64,000 bases of DNA from an uncultured bacterium (lineage in GTDB: Bacteria; Patescibacteriota; Minisyncoccia; Phycocordibacterales; PALSA-1337): NCBI GenBank assembly GCA_903839725.1, contig CAIMDG010000002.1, positions 305,117-369,116 of the forward strand, read 5' to 3'. This document shows positions 48,568 through 57,203 of the stretch, in pieces. How positions within the stretch are numbered: position 1 is the stretch's first letter; the number at the start of each line of letters is the position of its first letter. Below the pieces are notes generated by a model. That model had not been told where the DNA came from, did not search any database, and saw nothing but the letters and a program-made list of their open reading frames with translations. The position numbers and the translations under genes were made by a program.

Positions 48568-49098
48568 TTACAATTTGACGCACGCAACGTCGCGGTAGAA
48601 GTATTCTGGTTGCAATGCTTCTAGTTTTGGATACGCAGATTTACCCGTGAAGTAAATATATGGATACCAATTTAAAACATCTTGCAGTCTTGGATTTATT
48701 TCAGTTATCAAGCTGCCAATATATGTTACTGTGCCGTGAGTAGGGACAAGAATGTTATTTTCTGCCAGGAAGCAACTTTTTCTAAAAAGTCCCATCAGTC
48801 TTTTTAAGTTCTCCGTAGCAATTTCACGCAGTTTGAGTGCCTTCGCATTTTTTGCATGCGTGTAGATTTGTTCTTGTAATTTTTCAATGAGCTGAGAAGT
48901 CTTTTGAAGTTCGGTTAAACCGAGTGGATGAAATCCTTTTCGTCGTAGGTTGTCGAAGGCATCATCGTAACCAGGAAAAGGTTCGTATTCAATTCGAACA
49001 ACACATGTCTGGAAAGGGTCAAAATTACCAACTTCAGTAGAAAATATTTCTTGTCTCTCGGCTCCATCAATGTTGACTGTATTATTCGAAGTTTTCAT
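48568..49098 (-). CDS. Hypothetical protein (orphan) flanked by 23-bp direct repeats
   Basis: 176-aa ORF; AAAAGCAAAACCCCGCCGATGAG at 48533-48555 and 49139-49161. Confidence 0.7.
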   Translation of the reverse strand: MKTSNNTVNIDGAERQEIFSTEVGNFDPFQTCVVRIEYEPFPGYDDAFDNLRRKGFHPLGLTELQKTSQLIEKLQEQIYTHAKNAKALKLREIATENLKRLMGLFRKSCFLAENNILVPTHGTVTYIGSLITEINPRLQDVLNWYPYIYFTGKSAYPKLEALQPEYFYRDVACVKL

Positions 49099-49192
49099 AT
49101 CTGTTCTTATTTAATAGTATTAATAAGTACGTGTCAATAAAAGCAAAACCCCGCCGATGAGGCGGGGAAATGCGGGGGTTGAATTGTGTGGC

Positions 49193-50266
49193 CTATATCG
49201 CTTTTAACTTCTCTCTAATCTTCGCAAGAATCTCGTCTCTCACTGGGAGGTTTTCCTTCAAGAATTGTCTCGTCGCATCATAGCCACGACCCAACTTCAC
49301 CTCACCATATGAATATGAAGAACCTGACTTTGAAAGTAATTCCATCTTTTCACCAAGAGCGATGATTTCGCCTTCTTGAGAAATACCTTCGTTGTACATG
49401 AGGTCGAACTCTGTTTGCTTGAATGGGGCAGCGACCTTATTCTTGACGACTTTGACACGACAGCGACCACCCATGATCTCTTCACCTTTTTTGATCTGGG
49501 CAATACGACGGATATCAAGACGAACTGAGGCATAGAATTTGAGAGCCTTACCACCTGGGGTAGTCTCAGGATTGCCGAACATCACACCGATCTGCATACG
49601 GATCTGGTTGATGAAAATAACAACAGTCTTTGAACGTGCAACAATTGCAGTCAATTTGCGGAGTGCTTGTGACATGAGACGAGCTTGAGTTCCGACATGG
49701 TACGCACCCATGTCTCCCTCTATTTCAGCTTTCGGGGTGAGGGCAGCGACTGAGTCGATAACGACAACATCCATCTTGTTGGTACGAATAAGACTGTCGA
49801 CGATATCAAGTGCTTGTTCACCGTGGTCTGGTTGAGAAATAAGTAAATCATTTATTTTGACTCCAAGACGAGTTGCGTACTCTGGATCCATCGCATGTTC
49901 AGCATCAATGTATGCACACACACCACCGAGCTTCTGAGCTTCAGCGACGACGTGGAGGGCGAGAGTAGTCTTACCTGATGATTCAGGTCCAAATATTTCA
50001 ATAATACGACCACGAGGCATACCACCGATACCAAGTGCAGCATCGAGACCGATAGATCCGGTAGGGATAGCATTTACATTAACTTTAGGTTTTTCTCCGA
50101 GCTTCATGATCGAATCCTCACCGAACTTCGTACGAATTGCAGCAAGAGCATCTTTGATGCCTGTTTGGGAATGTGCACTGTTAGATTGTTTTGATGTTTC
50201 TGATTCTGTTTCAGTTAGAGCATCTTCTTCACTGACTTCTGGCTTTTTGTGTTTTTTGATTGCCAT
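49193..50266 (-). CDS. recA: Recombinase RecA
   Basis: [35 protein letters not shown]. Confidence 0.99.
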   Translation of the reverse strand: MAIKKHKKPEVSEEDALTETESETSKQSNSAHSQTGIKDALAAIRTKFGEDSIMKLGEKPKVNVNAIPTGSIGLDAALGIGGMPRGRIIEIFGPESSGKTTLALHVVAEAQKLGGVCAYIDAEHAMDPEYATRLGVKINDLLISQPDHGEQALDIVDSLIRTNKMDVVVIDSVAALTPKAEIEGDMGAYHVGTQARLMSQALRKLTAIVARSKTVVIFINQIRMQIGVMFGNPETTPGGKALKFYASVRLDIRRIAQIKKGEEIMGGRCRVKVVKNKVAAPFKQTEFDLMYNEGISQEGEIIALGEKMELLSKSGSSYSYGEVKLGRGYDATRQFLKENLPVRDEILAKIREKLKAI

Positions 50267-50345
50267 ATGTATATGGGTGATTAAGGCTTATAAGATTGGC
50301 AGACGCAGTACCAGTATACCAGAAATATATGGGTCAAGAGCAAAT

Positions 50346-50765
50346 TTATAGAGTTGAACTAGCAATAGTTGTCTTTTGAGTTGAAGTACTTATTTTGACA
50401 GGGAAATCAACACTACCCATGATGTGTAACACTGTCTCTACACTACGTCCGAACTGATCTTCTGCATGTAATGTGATGGTGTTTGAGCCAGGGAATACGG
50501 TTATTGTTTCCTTGAAATGAGCATCTTCGTCCATTGAAATAGGTTGACCATTTAATTTCAGTGCATTCACTCTGTCAGCACGTCCTTCGATACTTGTGAT
50601 GGAAGTTGAGACTGTAGAGTAATCCTGTGGTTGAAATATGGTTATAGAAGGTCCTCGAGTGTATTGAAGGGAACGGGATATTGCGTAGAGGACAATGATT
50701 AGTCCAACAACAAAAGCGATCCCTATTTTGATCAGTCGTAGTGAAGTTGTTCGGTTAAGTCCCAT
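50346..50765 (-). CDS. Membrane-anchored Ig-like domain protein
   Basis: N-terminal TM helix, GP.I.I..P, LNG, PG.N.I...A.D.FG. Confidence 0.75.
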   Translation of the reverse strand: MGLNRTTSLRLIKIGIAFVVGLIIVLYAISRSLQYTRGPSITIFQPQDYSTVSTSITSIEGRADRVNALKLNGQPISMDEDAHFKETITVFPGSNTITLHAEDQFGRSVETVLHIMGSVDFPVKISTSTQKTTIASSTL

Positions 50766-50805
50766 AGTCTCAGTCTATAAAGTTAGTTACGTAAACACAA
50801 GGCGT

Positions 50806-50927
50806 GAATCATCGAAGGAGATGTGTACTCATTTTTTGCACAAGTTTGTAAACACTGCGGTACGCAATGTAATGTAAGTGTCTCTAAACTTGTATAGAAA
50901 ATGAGTACACATCTCCTTCGATGATTC
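50806..50927. repeat. 122-bp stem-loop element
   Basis: Perfect 30-bp arms 50806-50835/50898-50927 extended by an imperfect inner stem. Confidence 0.9.
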
Positions 50928-50954
50928 CGGTCACTAATATGTAGTAAGAATATT

Positions 50955-53228
50955 TTAGAGTTCAGACTCTTCCTGAACTGGTTCGCTCGGACCTTGCTGT
51001 TCTATTCCTGTACCAACACCACCGATGATGTCACGAGGCTTTGAACCATTTGCAGGACCGATGACACCATGACCTTCGAGTAAGTCCATAAGTTTTGCTG
51101 CACGAGAGTAGCCAATACCGAGTTTACGTTGCAAGAATGAGGTGGAAGCCTTGTTCGCTTCTATCACAGCTTCACGTGCTGGTTCATAGAGCTCATCTTC
51201 TTCATCGAGAGAGTCGCTACTATTCATCGCATCGAATGCTGCCATTGCGCCAGCTTCGGTAGGAGTGAGGTTGATTTCATTCATGATCTCATCTTTGTAT
51301 TCAGCCGCGAGATATTTCACAACGTCTTTCACTTCCTTTTCACTGATGTATGCAGATTGCAAACGCACAGGTTTTGACATTTCACCACCGAGGTAGAGCA
51401 TGTCTCCGGCTCCGAGAAGGTTTTCTGCACCTGGCTGATCGAGAATGGTACGAGAATCGATCTGTGATGATACTTGAAGAGCAACACGAGTAGGGATGTT
51501 TGCTTTGATAAGACCGGTAATAACATTCACACTCGGACGCTGAGTTGAGATGATGAGGTGAATACCGACGGCACGACTCATTTGAGCAAGACGAACGATA
51601 GCTGATTCCAATTCACGAGGATATGTCTGCATAATATCCGCCAATTCATCAATAACGATAACGATGTACGGCATTGTTTCAGGAAGCTTCACATCATCTG
51701 TTGGGCTGCCATCATTCTTCCATTTTTCAAGCGCTGGGGCCAAGATGTTCTTGTGATATGAATCAATATCACGAGCAGAATTCTGTTCGAGTATGTCATA
51801 ACGGCGACTCATCTCCTTGGCACCCCATTTGAGGGCAAGGATGGCCTTCTTGGGGTCAGTGATGACCGGTGTGAGCAGGTGAGGGGTTTTGTTGTAGAGT
51901 GTCAATTCAACACGCTTTGGGTCAATCATGATGAACTTAAGGTTCTCTGGGGAGTTGCGATACAAGAGAGAGGTAATGATGGCGTGAATGGTCACAGATT
52001 TTCCTGAACCAGTAGTACCGGCGATCAGCATGTGAGGAGCTTTGGCAAGATTGGCAAAATGAGCTTTTCCGGCGATGTCTTTTCCGAGAGAAGTGAGGAG
52101 TGGTTTTTCTGAACCCTGATAATCTTGTGAGGCAAGAAGGGTAGCGAGACCGACAGTAGTCTTTGAAGTGTTCGGTACTTCGATACCTACGAGTGACTTG
52201 CCAGGTATTGGAGCTTCGATACGAATAGGGTGAGCAGCGAGGGCAAGAGCAAGATTACTACTCAATCCGGTGATACGAGAAAGTTTAACTCCTTCAGCTG
52301 GTTTCAATGCATAACGAGTCACTGATGGACCAATCGATATCTCATCCATTTCAACGGTAACGCCGAAGTTTTGGAAAGTTCGTTTGATGATGTTTGCGTT
52401 GGCTTTGATATCTCCAGTTTCAGGTTTGCCACGATCCTTCTCAAGTAATGAAAGTGGGGGAGGGGTGAACGGTTTGAGATGAGGTACAACAACTGATGAT
52501 GCGAATGCACTTTCTTCAGCATCACTAAAATCAAGGGTGCCTTTTTTCTTTGCTTTTTCAGCTGCACGTTTCTTTTCTTCGGCAGCGACACGTTGTAGCT
52601 CGATCTGTTTTGCAGAGAGAGTCTCTGTTTCAGATGAAGCCATTCCCGCAACAGCTTTTTCGACTGCGGCTTCTTCGTATGCATCCATCTTTCCATCTTT
52701 AGCTTTAGGTATTTCTTTTTTGTCTTTCTTTAGTTTTTTCCAGATCGCAATATCGTCAAAAGTAAAATACAAATTGAACGTCATGATCACTGAGATGATG
52801 AGAAGTGCTACAAGGAGACATGTTGTCGCGGGAGTATCGAGCATCTTGATGAGAGGGACGGCGATCCATCGTCCAATAACTCCTCCTTCATTGTAGGAAG
52901 CGATGTGTATTGTGCCGAGACCAGCGATGAAGAAAAGTATTACACCGATAATTTTTGTTGCTTCAAGCTTCTTTTTAATTCCCTGCAAGAATGAGATACC
53001 GAGCATCAGGAAAACAACTGGTATAAGGAAATATCCGATACCAAATAATCGAGTAAAAAAGGTATATCCGTATGCCCCTATTGGTCCCGCTTTTCCGAAC
53101 GCAGCTAATAATGATAATAGTGTTAATAAAAATGAGAGAATTGCGAGAATTGCCTGAATCGTTTCATCGCGCATATTGTCCCAAAATCGCATTTTTTCTG
53201 TAATATCTAGATCTTTTTTCTTTGCCAT
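50955..53228 (-). CDS. ftsK: DNA translocase FtsK/SpoIIIE
   Basis: N-terminal TM helices, APIPGK, AGTTGSGKS, IDELAD, gamma domain LQRKL.IGY.RAA. Confidence 0.97.
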   Translation of the reverse strand: MAKKKDLDITEKMRFWDNMRDETIQAILAILSFLLTLLSLLAAFGKAGPIGAYGYTFFTRLFGIGYFLIPVVFLMLGISFLQGIKKKLEATKIIGVILFFIAGLGTIHIASYNEGGVIGRWIAVPLIKMLDTPATTCLLVALLIISVIMTFNLYFTFDDIAIWKKLKKDKKEIPKAKDGKMDAYEEAAVEKAVAGMASSETETLSAKQIELQRVAAEEKKRAAEKAKKKGTLDFSDAEESAFASSVVVPHLKPFTPPPLSLLEKDRGKPETGDIKANANIIKRTFQNFGVTVEMDEISIGPSVTRYALKPAEGVKLSRITGLSSNLALALAAHPIRIEAPIPGKSLVGIEVPNTSKTTVGLATLLASQDYQGSEKPLLTSLGKDIAGKAHFANLAKAPHMLIAGTTGSGKSVTIHAIITSLLYRNSPENLKFIMIDPKRVELTLYNKTPHLLTPVITDPKKAILALKWGAKEMSRRYDILEQNSARDIDSYHKNILAPALEKWKNDGSPTDDVKLPETMPYIVIVIDELADIMQTYPRELESAIVRLAQMSRAVGIHLIISTQRPSVNVITGLIKANIPTRVALQVSSQIDSRTILDQPGAENLLGAGDMLYLGGEMSKPVRLQSAYISEKEVKDVVKYLAAEYKDEIMNEINLTPTEAGAMAAFDAMNSSDSLDEEDELYEPAREAVIEANKASTSFLQRKLGIGYSRAAKLMDLLEGHGVIGPANGSKPRDIIGGVGTGIEQQGPSEPVQEESEL

Positions 53229-53278
53229 TTATATATTATACAGCAAAGAGTGATTATAAATAAGAGCAATGTTTGAAT

Positions 53279-53403
53279 CCGCCTCAGCAACACAGTCCTC
53301 ACCGAAACATCCGTTACGTTCTCGTATGAGTGCCTAAAGAATTAGATAATGAGACGATATCCCGCTGGGAGTTGTTTCATCAGGGAGTGTATTGTGGAGG
53401 TGG
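53279..53403. repeat. Stem-loop element carrying conserved 60-nt core, copy 2
   Basis: Core 53311-53370 is 50/60 identical to 35283-35342; flanked by a different, imperfect stem. Confidence 0.8.
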
Positions 53404-53551
53404 TCCACACTCATGGCGTATTCGTAATAGCTTCTGCCACTTGATTCTTTATTCTATTGGACTATAATGGACACATTAGAGACAACATTAAGTCAGGTAT
53501 TTGTAAAAGACAATCAAAGACAAAGTTACTGATTCAAAAAGACAAAGTATT

Positions 53552-54331
53552 ATGGACAATAAAGACATACAAAATCCAAACTCATTCAATGATCCATTAA
53601 ACTGGAAATCACTAGGTTTTTTTAATGTCGAAGAGTATTTGATGTATGTGTTCAAAAAGACAGAGAAGATAACTTCTGCTCTCTATCTCGTCTCAGGCCT
53701 CCTCAAAGACGAAGAACCCCTCAAGTGGGAAATTCGTGATAAAGGTATCGATTTATTGTCTTCGTCTTTTATGGCATCGAGTGCAGTCCCTGGTGACAAG
53801 AATTCAGTTATTCAATCTCTCTTCACCGCGGCACTTGAAACACTTTCACTTCTCAATGTTGCTCGCATTTCTCACCTTATTTCTGACATGAACCATAACA
53901 TCTTGGTTCGTGAGATTGATCAAGTTGTAGTACTACTTAGAGATCGTCTCTCTGCCAATGCTGAGAGTGCGGGATATGTCCTTTCAGAAGGATTCTTTAA
54001 GACGCCAGATTTGTTCAGTAGTGGTTTCAAAAATCCTCAAGCAATCTCAAAGACAAATGTAGGAGATACGCATGGTCAGTCTGCTTCGTACAAGTCCGGT
54101 CACGCAAAGGTTTCTCAAGGACATGTTGATGTGCAAGTCAAAAAGACAAGTAGACAAGAAGCGATCGTGACAATCCTCAAAGGACAGTCGAATCTGACAA
54201 TCAAAGACTTCTCAAAAGTCATCAAAGACTGCAGTGAAAAGACCATTCAGCGTGAGTTGCTCGAATTGGTAGATAAGGGGGTTATCAAGAAGGAGGGGGA
54301 GAGGAGATGGAGTAGGTACTCTTTGAAGTAA
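53552..54331 (+). CDS. Protein with C-terminal DeoR-like winged HTH
   Basis: R...I..IL.....LTIKD.......CSEKTIQREL..LV..G.I.KEG.RRW..Y. Confidence 0.8.
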   Translation: MDNKDIQNPNSFNDPLNWKSLGFFNVEEYLMYVFKKTEKITSALYLVSGLLKDEEPLKWEIRDKGIDLLSSSFMASSAVPGDKNSVIQSLFTAALETLSLLNVARISHLISDMNHNILVREIDQVVVLLRDRLSANAESAGYVLSEGFFKTPDLFSSGFKNPQAISKTNVGDTHGQSASYKSGHAKVSQGHVDVQVKKTSRQEAIVTILKGQSNLTIKDFSKVIKDCSEKTIQRELLELVDKGVIKKEGERRWSRYSLK

Positions 54332-54350
54332 GATTCGAGATATAAAGAAT

Positions 54351-54457
54351 CGATGCAAATCTGCAAATGATCGCGAATGACGCGAATGCGTCGCATCCTA
54401 CTCTAGATTCAAGTGAGTTTATTCGCGTCATTCGCATCCATTTGCGTATTTGCATCG
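54351..54457. repeat. GCGAAT/GCAAAT-family palindromic element, copy 2
   Basis: CGATGCAAAT...ATTTGCATCG arms. Confidence 0.85.
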
Positions 54458-54584
54458 CATATTTTGGGACTTCAATAAAAATAGGGTTTTTTCTTGACTT
54501 TTGACCCTAAATGGCTTAATATAGTCCTATTATCAATAGTAACTAAATAGAGCCATAATTTGCCTAAATCTCAGCATATTTGTG

Positions 54585-54630
54585 TTATCCACATGTCCTT
54601 TTGCCAGAGTGTGTAATTTCGCGTTATAAT
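54585..54630 (+). promoter_or_regulatory. DnaA box and sigma70 promoter of S-layer-like gene
   Basis: TTATCCACA at 54585-54593; TTGCCA-18-TATAAT at 54601-54630. Confidence 0.6.
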
Positions 54631-54973
54631 GCTTTGTATCGAGTGCGATTCTTGCCTACCCAGGTTCGAACTGCATTCGTCCCAGAGCAATAGTGCTTCG
54701 GGGAGTACGAACTTTGACAAATCAATAAAACGTCAAGTTCGATCGTTCATTATTGAATGATTGATTTCAGACATATTCGAAATATCTTTATTGATATGGA
54801 GATAGTTTGTTTTCAGTTTATCAATAATTTGTTTTGCCACAATATCTTGTATGTGCGTGTCGATACAACGTGCGTTCAAGGTGTGGAATTATTATTAGTA
54901 TTACAAAATTGCATTCATTCTCTATCTTTATTAGTAAACAGAGGACATGCATTAAATTACAAAAAAAATTCGT

Positions 54974-56752
54974 ATGAAAAAGATTTTTATCGCTTCAGGC
55001 GTTGCTCTCGTAGCTTTCGCTACAGTTGCTTCAGCAGCTACTTTCACAAGAAACCTTACAGTAGGTTCTTCAGGTGCTGATGTTACAGCTCTCCAGACAG
55101 CCCTCATCGCAGCTGGTGAATCAATCCCAGCAGGTGCTACAGGTTATTTCGGCTCACAGACACAAGCAGCAGTTAAGGCTTACCAAGTTGCTAAGGGTAT
55201 CGTAAATCCTGGTACAGGATTTGTTGGTCCTTTGACACTCGCCGTTTTGAACGGTGGTTCAGTTGCAACAGCTCCAGCAGGAGTATGTCCAACAGGATTC
55301 GTATGTACAGCAGTTGGTGGCGGAGCAGTTAACAACACAAATGGCGATGGCTCAATCACATTGAGTTCATCATCATATGTTTCATCAAGTCAGACATTGA
55401 AGAAGGGTGATATGGACAAGCCAATCATCTCAGCTACAGCACAAGCTACAGCTGGAAACGTTACAGTTTCTCGTTTCGATGTTCACTTTAACGCACGCCC
55501 ATGGTTGCTCTTCAGTGGCGTAACATTGAAGGATAGTACTGGAAAGGTTCTTGCTACAAAGCAACTTTCAAGTTTCTATGATGCTACAGAAGTTACTATT
55601 GGTCAGGATTACCTCGTCAGATTTGACAATGTCAACGCTGTCGTAACTCCAGGCACAATGACAACATTCGTAGTTACAGCAAACGTTCTCGCCGCAAGTG
55701 ACAAGATCACAGGCCAGACAGTTACTGTAAGTATCCCATCTGGTTCTATCAGAACAATCAACGGAAAGGGTTACACCGATTCTCTTGGTTACAACAGTGG
55801 AAACACAACTTCAGTTACTTTGTCTTCAACAGGTTCAGTAGGAGATCTTAATACTCGCATCAGTGCAAGTACACCAGATTCTCAGACATTCAACATCTCA
55901 ACATCAAACGTTACTACCGACCAAGTTCTCGGAGTATTCGATGTTAAGTTGCAAAATCAGTCTGGTATCCTCAACCAGTTGAGTATCAACATTGGCAACA
56001 GTGTTAGTGCAGCTACTTCAACTTTGTTCCAGAACGTACGTTTGTATGTTGATGGTACAGCAGTTGCAGGTGCTTACTCATTGGCAGCAGGTCAGCCTAC
56101 ATTCACAAACTTGAACATTCCTCTTACAGTAGATGTATGGAAGAGTTTGACAATCAAGGCCGATGTTCTTGCGAGAGCAACAGCTTTCTCAGCTTCATCA
56201 ACAATCATCGCTGATTCAGTTGTAGGTGTTGATAACAACTACAATACTATTACTTTGACAAATGCAAGTAATAGAACAGGTAACGATCTTACATATGTTC
56301 CAAACGCAGGTCTCTCGATCACAAACATCACACCAGCTAAGGGCAATGTAGTTACAGCTTCTAACTCAAGTGTATGGGGTGTTGCATATCCTTCTATCTC
56401 ATTCACAGTTGTGAATACAGGAAACAACCCTATCTACATCAGTAAGACTGCTGCTGTTGCAATTGCAACAACAACATCATCTGGTCCAAACGCTTCAACA
56501 ACAGTTTCATCTGTTACAGCTTCTGGTTCAGTTACTGGTGACACAACCGTTGCTTACATCGTTAACTCATCACGTACATTTACTTACAACTTCACAGTTG
56601 ATAACACAAATGGTACATCAGCAGCTAAGAAGATCTCTCTTACACAAATCAATTACGGCACAGGAGGTGCAGTTGATGGTACAGCAGCAGGTCAGACAGC
56701 AGAGTTGAACGTCAACTACGGTCTCACAAACGCATTCGTACAGATTCCATAA
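54974..56752 (+). CDS. Secreted peptidoglycan-binding-domain protein, S-layer-like
   Basis: Signal peptide; FTRNL.VGS.G.DV..LQ..L...TGYFG..T..AV..YQ...G.VGP.T; Thr/Ser/Val-rich body; strongly biased codons. Confidence 0.85.
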   Translation: MKKIFIASGVALVAFATVASAATFTRNLTVGSSGADVTALQTALIAAGESIPAGATGYFGSQTQAAVKAYQVAKGIVNPGTGFVGPLTLAVLNGGSVATAPAGVCPTGFVCTAVGGGAVNNTNGDGSITLSSSSYVSSSQTLKKGDMDKPIISATAQATAGNVTVSRFDVHFNARPWLLFSGVTLKDSTGKVLATKQLSSFYDATEVTIGQDYLVRFDNVNAVVTPGTMTTFVVTANVLAASDKITGQTVTVSIPSGSIRTINGKGYTDSLGYNSGNTTSVTLSSTGSVGDLNTRISASTPDSQTFNISTSNVTTDQVLGVFDVKLQNQSGILNQLSINIGNSVSAATSTLFQNVRLYVDGTAVAGAYSLAAGQPTFTNLNIPLTVDVWKSLTIKADVLARATAFSASSTIIADSVVGVDNNYNTITLTNASNRTGNDLTYVPNAGLSITNITPAKGNVVTASNSSVWGVAYPSISFTVVNTGNNPIYISKTAAVAIATTTSSGPNASTTVSSVTASGSVTGDTTVAYIVNSSRTFTYNFTVDNTNGTSAAKKISLTQINYGTGGAVDGTAAGQTAELNVNYGLTNAFVQIP

Positions 56753-56802
56753 TAGTTGGAAACCTACGATATATAGTTCTAACCTTTGGTTAGTGTTATA
56801 TA

Positions 56803-56829
56803 CAAAAGCCGCCGCAAGGCGGCTTTTGC
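56803..56829 (+). terminator. Intrinsic terminator
   Basis: AAAAGCCGCC-GCAA-GGCGGCTTTT. Confidence 0.85.
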
Positions 56830-56938
56830 GTTGGTTGAGTTTTGGTTAATACCTCATCGTGTCAGTAGATAACAAATAAAAAACACCAGAAATCTCAGTT
56901 CTGGTGTTTTTTATTTGTGATAATAATGTGTCTTGTCG

Positions 56939-57085
56939 TTAGCGGCTCCGTATAATATTCAACGCTTTATCTTCTAATGTTGGACCATACTTTTGAACTA
57001 AATATATAGCAACAAACGTTCCGATGAGGATGGCTGTAAAACCGAGTACAAATTTGAAGAATGTTCTATCAAAGGGATTTACCAT
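56939..57085 (-). CDS. 48-aa single-TM protein
   Basis: Not in ORF track; MVNPFDRTFFKFVLGFTAILIG...; TGCTATAAT-N6-ATG upstream; 20-bp hairpin at ~56872-56918 downstream. Confidence 0.65.
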   Translation of the reverse strand: MVNPFDRTFFKFVLGFTAILIGTFVAIYLVQKYGPTLEDKALNIIRSR

Positions 57086-57203
57086 GTGTGTATTATAGCA
57101 AATATTCTCATAAAAAAATTCATCAATATTTTATTCTTTTTTCACTGAATCTTCATTTCACTTTGATACGCTGAATTTATTATCAATCTAATGTAAATTC
57201 ATT

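Noticed and set aside
21381-50927. Long hairpins as integron attC sites
   Set aside because: No consistent RYYYAAC...GTTRRRY ends, not arrayed after successive ORFs, no integrase in the window.
54641-54680. tRNA suggested by GGTTCGAA
   Set aside because: No cloverleaf, D-arm or acceptor stem; part of the S-layer leader.
54757-55080. 107-aa ORF overlapping the S-layer start
   Set aside because: Out-of-frame overlap with a strong gene and no protein-like features.
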